Source: an uncultured Gammaproteobacteria bacterium (GTDB lineage Bacteria > Pseudomonadota > Gammaproteobacteria > Steroidobacterales > JABDMI01). From it: a stretch of 58,801 nt of DNA. The notes under the pieces were generated by a model. The model had not been told where the DNA came from and did not search any database. It saw only the letters and a program-made list of their open reading frames with translations. The position numbers were made by a program, and so were the translations under genes. Every line of letters starts with the position of its first letter. Within the stretch, counting starts at the first letter, position 1. The stretch is from assembly GCA_905479875.1 (NCBI GenBank), contig CAJQOG010000153.1:1-58801 (forward strand), read 5' to 3'. Shown piece after piece: positions 26,969 through 35,190 of this stretch.

Positions 26969-28813
26969 TTAAAGCCGAAAGACTATACGAACCTGTGTGT
27001 TAGCAATTCTGACATTACCGTCTTCATCTTTATACGGTTGAAAGCTCCATGTTTGTACGGCTTCAAGTGCCGCACTACCAAAAAGTTTTCTTGTTTCTGG
27101 CTCTACACTAACAATTCTAACATTATTTACTGAACCGTCTTTTTCAACTGTTAAAGCAATTACCGCAGATCCATCAATACTTCTGCGTTGATAGTTATCA
27201 GGGTAGTTTGGAGGTGTTTTTATAATGCTTGTTAAATCCCCAATTACAACATCTACTGGTACAGTAGATAATCTTGTTATTTCAGCCTGTCTTTCTTCTT
27301 CAGCTTTTATGGCCGCAGCTGCTTGTGCATCTGCTTGTTCTTGTGCCAATCTGTTTGCTTCGACTTGCAATTGTTGTTCTGCTAATTCTATTTCTGCTTG
27401 TTCTTGGAGTTGTTCTTGTTCTCTAACGCTGCTTTCTAAACTGGTAATTCTCTGCCTCTCATTGGTGATTGCAGCTGAGCTAGCACCTAATCTTGCGGCA
27501 GAATCGACATAACGTTTTGCATTAGTAAAATCACTGTTTAGAGCAGCTGTTCGTGCCTCTAGCAGTAGTGAGCTGCTAAGGTTACGTTTTAAACCAGCAA
27601 TGGCTGAGTTACCTGGGTCTAATGCTTCTAAGCGGTTAATGAAATACTGAGCATTATTTCTATTAGGTGCTAACAAGCGATTTGTATTTATTGCTTCCCT
27701 GCTACGTGTAAGTAGGTTGCTAATTTCGCTTGCTTGGTCGAGTGATTTTTGTTGCTCTGTTATTGATGCTTTTAGTCCGGAAATATTTTCATCATCACCA
27801 AATAGCTTGTCGGCCACTCCAATTAAGCTTGCTGCATCAGTGACTGACCCACTGGCCAGAGAGTCTTCAACACTGGTGATAAGAGTTGATTTTTTTTCAT
27901 TAATTGAGTTTTCAATGAGTTCTAAAAATGCAGGTTTATCTATAGCCAAACCTCGGGCAAAATCAATACTGGCCTGAGCTTCTTCAGTGCTTCCATTTTG
28001 AATATGCAAATCTACATCACCTAATGCAGATTGGCTTAGTTCAAGCAAAGCTTTTTTTGCATTAAAGTTATTGGGATCAAGCTGTAAAATTTTGGTGTAA
28101 CTATCTAGGGCATTATTCTCTTCAGGTGGAAACAATATGCCAGAATCAAAAGATGCTTTGGCATTCACCGACAAAGCTTCTGCTTCGAGTTGAGCAGGTG
28201 TTTTTTCTACCTCTACAATAATAGGTGTAGAGGCTTGTTTCTCGGTTTTATCGCCAGACATAAACATCCAGCCAATTCCACCTAGAGTAAGTAAAGTAAT
28301 GCCAGCAATTATTGGTATCAGTTTGGAACTAGACTTCTTACTAGTAGGAGCTGAAGTGGGATGTGCCTTTTTGGGTTTAGCTACTTTTTGTTTTCTTGTT
28401 TCTGGCTTTTTGGCTTTTGGCATTTCAGATGCTTTTGCCTTTGCGTGTTTAAGTGACGCAGCTACAGCCAGACGCGTTTGGCCTGGGGATAAAGTTGCAA
28501 ATAAAACACGATAGGTTTCATTAGATAGATTTGATTCAAGTAATTGATCACGTTTGTCACGTGGACATACAAGTAAAGTTACCAGTTCTGGTTTATGCTT
28601 TTTTAATTGCTTAAGTGTGTCACCATTCATACTTGTAGCAGCTGCAAAATCTAAAATCGCTATAGGTGGTCTTTTTGAGTCTAATATTTCAAAACTCTGA
28701 GTTAGAGTTTTTGCTCTAATAACCTCATAGTCACTGTCTAAAATTGATAACACTGACTCAGCTACTTCTGAGGAGCTACACAATAAAAGTATTGATGTTT
28801 TTTCTTCTGACAT
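26969..28813 (-). CDS. Multidomain inner-membrane protein: N-terminal degenerate receiver-like domain, Lys/Pro-rich linker, one TM helix, TPR-like periplasmic repeats, Gln/Glu/Ala coiled coil and a TonB C-terminal domain
   Basis: The C-terminus PPNYPDNYQRRSIDGSAVIALTVEKDGSVNNVRIVSVEPE...FGSAALEAVQTWSFQP fits the TonB_C pattern. The TM helix is LIPIIAGITLLTLGGIGWMFM. The N-terminal 125 aa show the CheY-like beta-alpha periodicity (ILLLCSS / IAILDF / LVTLLVCP). Confidence 0.75.
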   Translation of the reverse strand: MSEEKTSILLLCSSSEVAESVLSILDSDYEVIRAKTLTQSFEILDSKRPPIAILDFAAATSMNGDTLKQLKKHKPELVTLLVCPRDKRDQLLESNLSNETYRVLFATLSPGQTRLAVAASLKHAKAKASEMPKAKKPETRKQKVAKPKKAHPTSAPTSKKSSSKLIPIIAGITLLTLGGIGWMFMSGDKTEKQASTPIIVEVEKTPAQLEAEALSVNAKASFDSGILFPPEENNALDSYTKILQLDPNNFNAKKALLELSQSALGDVDLHIQNGSTEEAQASIDFARGLAIDKPAFLELIENSINEKKSTLITSVEDSLASGSVTDAASLIGVADKLFGDDENISGLKASITEQQKSLDQASEISNLLTRSREAINTNRLLAPNRNNAQYFINRLEALDPGNSAIAGLKRNLSSSLLLEARTAALNSDFTNAKRYVDSAARLGASSAAITNERQRITSLESSVREQEQLQEQAEIELAEQQLQVEANRLAQEQADAQAAAAIKAEEERQAEITRLSTVPVDVVIGDLTSIIKTPPNYPDNYQRRSIDGSAVIALTVEKDGSVNNVRIVSVEPETRKLFGSAALEAVQTWSFQPYKDEDGNVRIANTQVRIVFRL

Positions 28814-29467
28814 ATCCCTTACCTGTTATTAACGGCTTAACGTAGTAATTTTTTTATTGCTGTACTAAGGCACAGTTCTTTACATTTATTTACTATGATA
28901 CTCACTAAAAATGTTATTACAACCAATAAGCTACAATAACTTCTTAATAAATCCTATAATTTGGGAAATTTATTAGCAGTAGATTGTGCAGTGCAAGAAA
29001 CTATCAATAAAAAGAGCAAAATTATATTTACCTCGATTTGAAGACTTGTTTGATTTACCTATAGGTAGAAATTAATCTTGGCCCTAAATTGGCTTTCAAC
29101 GGTAAATAAAGTTCAGGATAGAAGTCAAAATCTAAAGCGTGTTTTATATACTTTACTATAATTGTTGTGAAGGTTGATGCTATTGATTTCTTTTCTATTG
29201 AATGATTTGCACTTGCACGCGCACAGTTTCAGTATGAATATGAGGAATGGGGTTGTAATTGGGTGGCACCTTGACTATTTTTTCTTTGAATTACTAACTA
29301 AATTGGGCCGTTAACAGTTACTTTTCCTTTAAATAAGCCTTCATCACTTATATGTTATTTAATTAATATATTACAGTAGCGGTTCTATTACGACATCAAC
29401 TCATGTTTGTTGTTAAATAATTGGTTATTATGTGAGCTCTAAGTTGTAACATATTTGGCACACTTTT

Positions 29468-31129
29468 ATGAAAAAAATTAAACTTTGCGCTCAAATCGGT
29501 TTGTTAATCGGTACGTCTTTTATACTTGCCTGCGGTGGGGGATCGGATACAGCTAATAGCTCTAATCCAAACACACCAGTTGTTGTGAACCCGCCTCCTG
29601 ATGTATCGATCAGTCAACAGGCTGCTTCAAAATTCTTAATTCAAGCAAGTTTTGGACCTACTACCGCAGACATAGAAACGCTGAGCGATTTGGGTTATGA
29701 GGCTTGGCTGAATCAGCAGTTTGCTCTGCCTATTACTAAACACCTTAGCTATGTTGATTCTTTAGTAGATATAGGTGGGCGAGAATATGTAGCAGCTTGG
29801 CTTGCGACTTCTACCAAAGCTGACGATCAAGTAAGACAAAGAGTTGCTTTTGCCCTAAGTGAGTTATGGGTGGTTTCACGTCATGGTCTTGATTTTTCAA
29901 ATAATGAAGAGGCCGCTAGAGGTCTTACAAATTACTACGATATCTTACTTGAACATTCTTTCGGTAATTATCGAGAGCTAATGACTGCAGTGACCTTAAG
30001 TCCAATAATGGGAGATTACTTGAGTATGAGGGGCAATCAAAAAGCTGACTCTTCAAGAAATATCCGGCCTGATGAAAACTATGCACGAGAAATGTTACAG
30101 CTATTTACTATTGGGTTGCATGAATTGAATCTTGATGGGACGCAGAAGTTAGATGGTTCGGGTAAAGCTATTCCTACTTATACACAGGATGATATTGAAG
30201 CCATTGCCCGTGTTTTTACAGGGTGGCACTATGCTAGTTATAATATTCCAGATACGGATAGAGATAAATTTAATCCAATGAAAGCTTTTGAGGATAGGCA
30301 CGATAGAGGTCAAAAAGAATTTTTTTCTGGCTCAATTATCCCAGCCGAACAAAGCGCTGAACAAGACCTTGAGCAAATTTTAGATATAGTTTTTAATCAC
30401 CCAAATGTTGGTCCTTTTGTTGGAAAACAACTCATTCAACGTTTAGTTACCAGTAATCCTTCAAATGCCTATGTAGAGCGTGTTGCAAGTGTTTTTAATA
30501 ATAATGGCAGTGGCGTGCGCGGCGATATGAAAAGCATTGTTAAAGCTATTTTGTTAGACGATGAAGCACTGACAGGCATTACGAGCAGCGATAAAATCTT
30601 TGGTAAAATTAAAGAGCCCTTAATACGAATGGTCGGCATTTGGCGAGCATTTAATGCCAGCGCATCAAATGGTGAATTTGACTATAAATACTTTACTGAA
30701 TCATTAGGGCAAGGGCCGCATCTTGCGCATCATGTATTTAATTTTTTTAGCCCTAGCTATTCACCGCGTGGAACATTTCAAGATAATAATTGGGTCGCTC
30801 CAGAGTTTCAAATTCATACTGAAGCCAATCAAACGGGAATGACCAATGTGTTTCAATGGTTAGTCATTAATCGAAATAACAAGAACAAAACCAACCCTGA
30901 TGAGAATGATATTTTAATTAATTTAGATAATGAAACAAATTTAGCTGCTGATTTAGACGCTTTATTGGATCATTACGATATGTTGCTTTTTGCAGGTGAA
31001 ATGAGTTCTGAATTACGCACTATTAGTAAAGCTTATGCTGAAACTATTAATGCTGACCAGCCAGACAGACGAGCTTGGGAAATACTGGGTTTACTTGTTG
31101 TATCGCCAGAATTCATGATTCAAGATTAA
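29468..31129 (+). CDS. DUF1800 family protein, predicted lipoprotein
   Basis: Lipobox signal (LLIGTSFILAC). The motifs FGPT, LLEHSFGNYRELM, SPIMGDYLS and PDENYAREMLQLFTIGL resemble the DUF1800 signatures I remember. Confidence 0.75.
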   Translation: MKKIKLCAQIGLLIGTSFILACGGGSDTANSSNPNTPVVVNPPPDVSISQQAASKFLIQASFGPTTADIETLSDLGYEAWLNQQFALPITKHLSYVDSLVDIGGREYVAAWLATSTKADDQVRQRVAFALSELWVVSRHGLDFSNNEEAARGLTNYYDILLEHSFGNYRELMTAVTLSPIMGDYLSMRGNQKADSSRNIRPDENYAREMLQLFTIGLHELNLDGTQKLDGSGKAIPTYTQDDIEAIARVFTGWHYASYNIPDTDRDKFNPMKAFEDRHDRGQKEFFSGSIIPAEQSAEQDLEQILDIVFNHPNVGPFVGKQLIQRLVTSNPSNAYVERVASVFNNNGSGVRGDMKSIVKAILLDDEALTGITSSDKIFGKIKEPLIRMVGIWRAFNASASNGEFDYKYFTESLGQGPHLAHHVFNFFSPSYSPRGTFQDNNWVAPEFQIHTEANQTGMTNVFQWLVINRNNKNKTNPDENDILINLDNETNLAADLDALLDHYDMLLFAGEMSSELRTISKAYAETINADQPDRRAWEILGLLVVSPEFMIQD

Positions 31130-31139
31130 GGAGCAGGTA

Positions 31140-32492
31140 ATGAATAAATTTAATCGTAGAGATTTTCTTAAATTAGGTGCTGCTTCAATCATCGGCTCAG
31201 GTGTTGCAAACTTTCCTAATTTGTCTTTTGCTCAATCGGCGTTTAGTGATTATAAGGCCTTAGTATGTGTTTTCTTGCATGGCGGTAATGATGGATTTAA
31301 TTTAATAGTTCCGACCGATGCCAATTCATATTCTGAATATGCAAATTCACGGCAGAATTTAGCTGTAGAGAGTAATTTATTATTACCCATCTCGCCCCTA
31401 AGTAATGATGGGCATACCTATGGTTTACATCCAAGTGCTGCTCCATTACAGAGCTTATTTGATGATGGGAAAATGGCGATAGTAAGAAATACAGGTCACT
31501 TAATTGAACCAGTGACACGTGCACAAATACTTGATAACTCGGCAAATTTACCTACGGAGCTTTTTTCTCATAATAACCAGCAAAATCAATGGAAAACTAT
31601 TAATACAAACCCCTTATCAACCTCTGGCTGGGGCGGGCGGCTAGCAAATTTATTTGCTACTCAGCAAAGTGAGCCATTGTTGACTGGTATCTCAGTAGAT
31701 GATCGTAGTCTCTGGCTTAGCCACCCTGATACACAGGATTTATCTATATCGGCAAACGGATTTAATGACTATTGGTATGTTGATCAGAACGATAATGGTT
31801 CAGAGAATAAACGTCGCACAGCGTATTTAGAAAATTTATATAGAGCACATAATAAAGAATTTAATAAAGGAATCGCTGGTGTGCAGCAGCGAACTTTGGA
31901 ATTGGTTGAATCTATAGGCAGTACATTGTCTGCATCTACACCAATTTCTACTGTATTTCCAGAAGGTAGCCGAATTGCATCACGACTAAAACAAGTGGCA
32001 AATATGATCGGGTCGCGCGAAGCTTTAGGCATGCATAGACAAGTGTTTTTTGTAGAAATGGGTGGCTTTGATACACATGACACGCAAAACCGAGACCAAG
32101 CCGAATTGTTCAATATGCTGTCAACTTCTTTAAAGGCATTTTATGATGCGCTGACTGAAATCGGTGTGGCGGGTGATGTTACAACATTCACAGCTTCTGA
32201 ATTTGGGCGTACCTTAACCAGTAATGGTGATGGTACTGATCATGGCTGGGGTAGCAATCACTTAGTGATTGGCGATGCTGTTCGCGGTGGAGATATGTAC
32301 GGTGCTATGCCAAGCCTGGCTATTGAAGGTGCTGATGATTCAGGAAGAAGAGGGCGAATTATTCCAACTACTTCTGTAGAGCAATATGTACATAGTATGT
32401 TGCAATGGTATGGTTTAGATAGCACTCAAATAAATACTGTTTTACCAAATGCTGGAGCTTTTAATATAAATGCCGTGAATTTGATGCTGTAG
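31140..32492 (+). CDS. DUF1501 family protein (sulfatase/alkaline-phosphatase-like fold), Tat-exported
   Basis: Twin-arginine signal NRRDFLKLGAAS. The motifs LHGGNDGFN, GGFDTH and SEFGRT...GTDHGWG resemble DUF1501. It lies 10 nt downstream of the DUF1800 gene. Confidence 0.75.
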   Translation: MNKFNRRDFLKLGAASIIGSGVANFPNLSFAQSAFSDYKALVCVFLHGGNDGFNLIVPTDANSYSEYANSRQNLAVESNLLLPISPLSNDGHTYGLHPSAAPLQSLFDDGKMAIVRNTGHLIEPVTRAQILDNSANLPTELFSHNNQQNQWKTINTNPLSTSGWGGRLANLFATQQSEPLLTGISVDDRSLWLSHPDTQDLSISANGFNDYWYVDQNDNGSENKRRTAYLENLYRAHNKEFNKGIAGVQQRTLELVESIGSTLSASTPISTVFPEGSRIASRLKQVANMIGSREALGMHRQVFFVEMGGFDTHDTQNRDQAELFNMLSTSLKAFYDALTEIGVAGDVTTFTASEFGRTLTSNGDGTDHGWGSNHLVIGDAVRGGDMYGAMPSLAIEGADDSGRRGRIIPTTSVEQYVHSMLQWYGLDSTQINTVLPNAGAFNINAVNLML

Positions 32493-32518
32493 AGAACGAT
32501 ACTAAGCGTTTATACAAA

Positions 32519-32550
32519 AGTCCTTTATTTTTTAAAGGGCTTTTTTTTTA
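32519..32550. terminator. Terminator hairpin between the convergent DUF1501 and sseA genes
   Basis: Stem ccttta/taaagg flanked by an A-run and a long T-run (aaaagtcctttattttttaaagggcttttttttt). Confidence 0.6.
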
Positions 32551-33369
32551 TGAAAAAGAAATAGGGTATTTAGAATCAGCGCCCCATTCTGTCCATGAGC
32601 CATCATAGACATGCATACAATGATAACCAGCTATTTGAGCAGCAAGTAACACTACACAGGCAGTTACCCCTGAACCACAGCTGAAAATATGGCTTTTATT
32701 AATATCCAGTTTGGCATCTTGGAAAATGCTTTTCAATTCTTTGCTTTTTAAATATTCACCGTCTTTTAATAATGAGGTGAAAGGGATGTTTATAGAATTA
32801 GGAATATGTCCTAAGCGTAGCCCTTCACGTGGTTCAGCTTCACTTCCATTGAATCTACCAGCCGAACGAGCATCTATGATCTGTATTTCGTCGTTAAGGT
32901 GTAAGTTGAAAATATCATCTCCAGATCTGATATGGTCTTTTTTTATTTCACCTATAAAATTGCCAGTTTGATTAACTAAGCCAAGCGTATCGCTTATTGG
33001 CCGTTTTTCTTTAATCCATTTTGGTAAACCACCGTCTAAAACATGAATTGAATGATGTCCCATTGTTTGAAACATCCACCATACTCTAGGCGAAGAAAAT
33101 ATTCCTTTATTATCATAGACAATAATTACACTGTGTTTGTTTATACCTAGATTTCTAGCCTCGGCGTTAAACACATCAGCACTAGGCATCATGCCTGGTA
33201 AATTACTTGTGATATCACAGAAAACATTTTTAAAGTCAAAGCGACGTGCTTTAGGAATGTAGGATTGCTCAGAAAAACATTGCACACTACCATCAAGTAT
33301 CACAATATTTTCATGGTTAATGTTTTGTGCTAGCCAATTGGTTGTTACAAGTGGGGATGTAATTTGCAT
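32548..33369 (-). CDS. sseA: 3-mercaptopyruvate sulfurtransferase (tandem rhodanese)
   Basis: Aligns by eye with E. coli SseA throughout (SPRVWWMFQTMGH; IIDARSAGRF.G...EPR.GLR.GHIP). The active-site loop is CGSGVTAC. Confidence 0.9.
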   Translation of the reverse strand: MQITSPLVTTNWLAQNINHENIVILDGSVQCFSEQSYIPKARRFDFKNVFCDITSNLPGMMPSADVFNAEARNLGINKHSVIIVYDNKGIFSSPRVWWMFQTMGHHSIHVLDGGLPKWIKEKRPISDTLGLVNQTGNFIGEIKKDHIRSGDDIFNLHLNDEIQIIDARSAGRFNGSEAEPREGLRLGHIPNSINIPFTSLLKDGEYLKSKELKSIFQDAKLDINKSHIFSCGSGVTACVVLLAAQIAGYHCMHVYDGSWTEWGADSKYPISFS

Positions 33370-33377
33370 AATCTAAA

Positions 33378-33725
33378 TTAGGGAGTGTTACCTTTGAAAT
33401 AATCTTTTATCCAATTGTAGAGAACTTCTGAACTTAGATCGGACATGGCGTAGGTTTCAAATTTAGTACCTGGATTTTTATCTTTGAACGAATATTGATA
33501 ATTAAAAGTTTCAGGTTGACTATCATGCAAAACAATGATTATTTGTTTGCTTGTTTTTAAACAATCAATGGTCATAACATCAGCAGGAACTCCGCTTTCA
33601 CGCATCTTATGGCTAACGCCCACAATCGGGTTAATATCAGAAAAGTTCTTTTGAATATCAGTATGTGCTTGTGTGGTGATGTCACAAAGTTTTCTTAGTT
33701 GAGGTGTGATATTTTTATTTCCCAT
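33378..33725 (-). CDS. Hypothetical soluble protein (115 aa), no recognisable family
   Basis: The ORF overlaps the upstream membrane-protein gene by 11 nt and ends 8 nt before sseA. The case for coding rests on this tight operon packing only. Confidence 0.5.
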   Translation of the reverse strand: MGNKNITPQLRKLCDITTQAHTDIQKNFSDINPIVGVSHKMRESGVPADVMTIDCLKTSKQIIIVLHDSQPETFNYQYSFKDKNPGTKFETYAMSDLSSEVLYNWIKDYFKGNTP

Positions 33726-34407
33726 TATTTAAAAAGACTAGTTTTTGCCAAACTTTTTGACTTAAGCCCGTGCATAAACTTTCAATGTCATTTGCTGCAG
33801 AAACAATTTCTGGTTCTGGTAGATGTTCTGAATAGAGAGCTGCAATTTTACCAATAAGCGATAACATTTCAGCACAGTAATCCAAGTAACGTTGAAGTTC
33901 GAAGGCGCTCATTGTTCGTTCTGGAGAATTGGCTGTGCGTGTGTGCACTCGAGTAATAACTGTTGGATCTTTAGTGAGTTGGTGCATATCAATCACGTGC
34001 GCGATGGAGCGTAACTGATGTAGGGCCTCTAGAACAGATTTTCTTTTAGTTCTTGTTTCAAAACTTATTAGAAAGAAGAGGGCAGCTCCAACCAGTAGTA
34101 CATCATTTATTAAAGCTTCTGTAATTTGAATTATGTCGACAAGGCCAGGTTTCTTTAATTTCCATTCAAAAACACTAAAGGTATAAATGAGCAGGATAAG
34201 GAAAGAAGTAATGGTTACAATCACTCCTGCACGAATCCAGAGGTTTGGTTTTGCTATCTCTTCAATTTTTGATTGTGCGCCTTTAGCGGTTTCATGTAAT
34301 TCTTCGCTCACGCGGCTAATGCTAGAATCAGGAAAGCGTTCTTTTATACGGTTTTCAAGTTTAGTAATTGTAGTAATTACTTTTTGGAAGTTTAGTTCTT
34401 TATACAT
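33715..34407 (-). CDS. Hypothetical two-TM membrane protein (230 aa) with a cytoplasmic helical C-terminal domain
   Basis: Two hydrophobic helices (LWIRAGVIVTITSFLILLIYTF and VLLVGAALFFLISF) are followed by about 110 aa of helical sequence (HQLRSIAHVIDMHQLTKDP...). No family recognised. Confidence 0.55.
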   Translation of the reverse strand: MYKELNFQKVITTITKLENRIKERFPDSSISRVSEELHETAKGAQSKIEEIAKPNLWIRAGVIVTITSFLILLIYTFSVFEWKLKKPGLVDIIQITEALINDVLLVGAALFFLISFETRTKRKSVLEALHQLRSIAHVIDMHQLTKDPTVITRVHTRTANSPERTMSAFELQRYLDYCAEMLSLIGKIAALYSEHLPEPEIVSAANDIESLCTGLSQKVWQKLVFLNNGK

Positions 34408-34430
34408 TTTTATGGAATCTGGATAGTGGA

Positions 34431-35183
34431 TTACTGAGCATTAAACATCACACCATTATCGTCAGACTTTTCAGAGAATAAATATACATATGCATTCACC
34501 AAATCGACAGGTTTGGCAATTAATGATTTATCTTCAGCTGGAAATGCACTCAATCGCATTCCAGTATGAGTGGCTCCAGGATTGATGCTGTTAAAGCGAA
34601 TGTTCTTGGTGTTTTCAAATTCATCAGCAAGTGTTTGCATTAAGCTTTCTGTAGCAAACTTAGAAGCGGAATAAGCACCCCAATAAGCACGGCCCATACG
34701 ACCAACGCTACTGCTGGTAAATACCACTGAAGCATTCTCTGATTTAAGCAGAACTGGCAGCAGGGCTTTAGTCATTACAAAAGCTGCAGTAACATTCACG
34801 TGCATCACTTTTTGCCATTGCGCAGCATCGTATTGTGCAATAGGAGTAAGTGTTCCAAGAATACTGGCATTGTGTAGTAAGCCATCTAGGCGGCCGTATT
34901 CTTTTTCAATAACATCCGCCATGTCTTCGTAGTCTTTTTCATGTGCACCGGCTAAATCCAAAGGAAATATTGCGGGTGTGTTTTTTCCTAGGGAAACGAT
35001 TTCATCGTACACCTTTTCTAGTTTTTTTATGGTCTTGCCTAGTAAGATTACAGTAGCGCCTTGTTTTGCGTATTCAATCGCTACCGCCTTACCAATGCCG
35101 GCTCCGGCACCAGTTATAAGAATGACTTTATTGGTGAGTGCGTTAACTAACGTTGGTGTATTTTTAAGTGATGGTATGTTCAT
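34431..35183 (-). CDS. yciK: YciK-like short-chain dehydrogenase/reductase
   Basis: ILITGAGAGIGKA Rossmann motif, NASI, and the Y-x3-K catalytic motif (YSASKFA). Confidence 0.85.
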   Translation of the reverse strand: MNIPSLKNTPTLVNALTNKVILITGAGAGIGKAVAIEYAKQGATVILLGKTIKKLEKVYDEIVSLGKNTPAIFPLDLAGAHEKDYEDMADVIEKEYGRLDGLLHNASILGTLTPIAQYDAAQWQKVMHVNVTAAFVMTKALLPVLLKSENASVVFTSSSVGRMGRAYWGAYSASKFATESLMQTLADEFENTKNIRFNSINPGATHTGMRLSAFPAEDKSLIAKPVDLVNAYVYLFSEKSDDNGVMFNAQ

Positions 35184-35190
35184 GTGTTTA

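Noticed and set aside
27225-28514. Plus-strand ORFs of 71-95 aa (27225-27512, 27717-27977, 28299-28514) antisense to the TonB-domain gene. Many similar 60-130 aa antisense ORFs occur inside sdhA, gyrA, rpsA, aroA, thrA, mtaD and other genes.
   Set aside because: They lie entirely within well-supported genes on the opposite strand. Their composition is low-complexity and Cys/Ser/Leu-rich, which is typical of antisense frames. They have no ribosome-binding sites or recognisable motifs.
29264-29279. A TGGCAC sequence resembling the -24 box of a sigma-54 promoter upstream of the DUF1800 gene.
   Set aside because: The required -12 TTGC(A/T) element is not present at the N5 spacing (the sequence is tggcac-cttga-ctatt).
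29084-29306. A direct repeat of the 9-mer ctaaattgg (29084-29092 and 29298-29306) in the long spacer.
   Set aside because: A single 9-mer match within 650 nt of AT-rich DNA is about what chance would give. The flanking similarity is weak.
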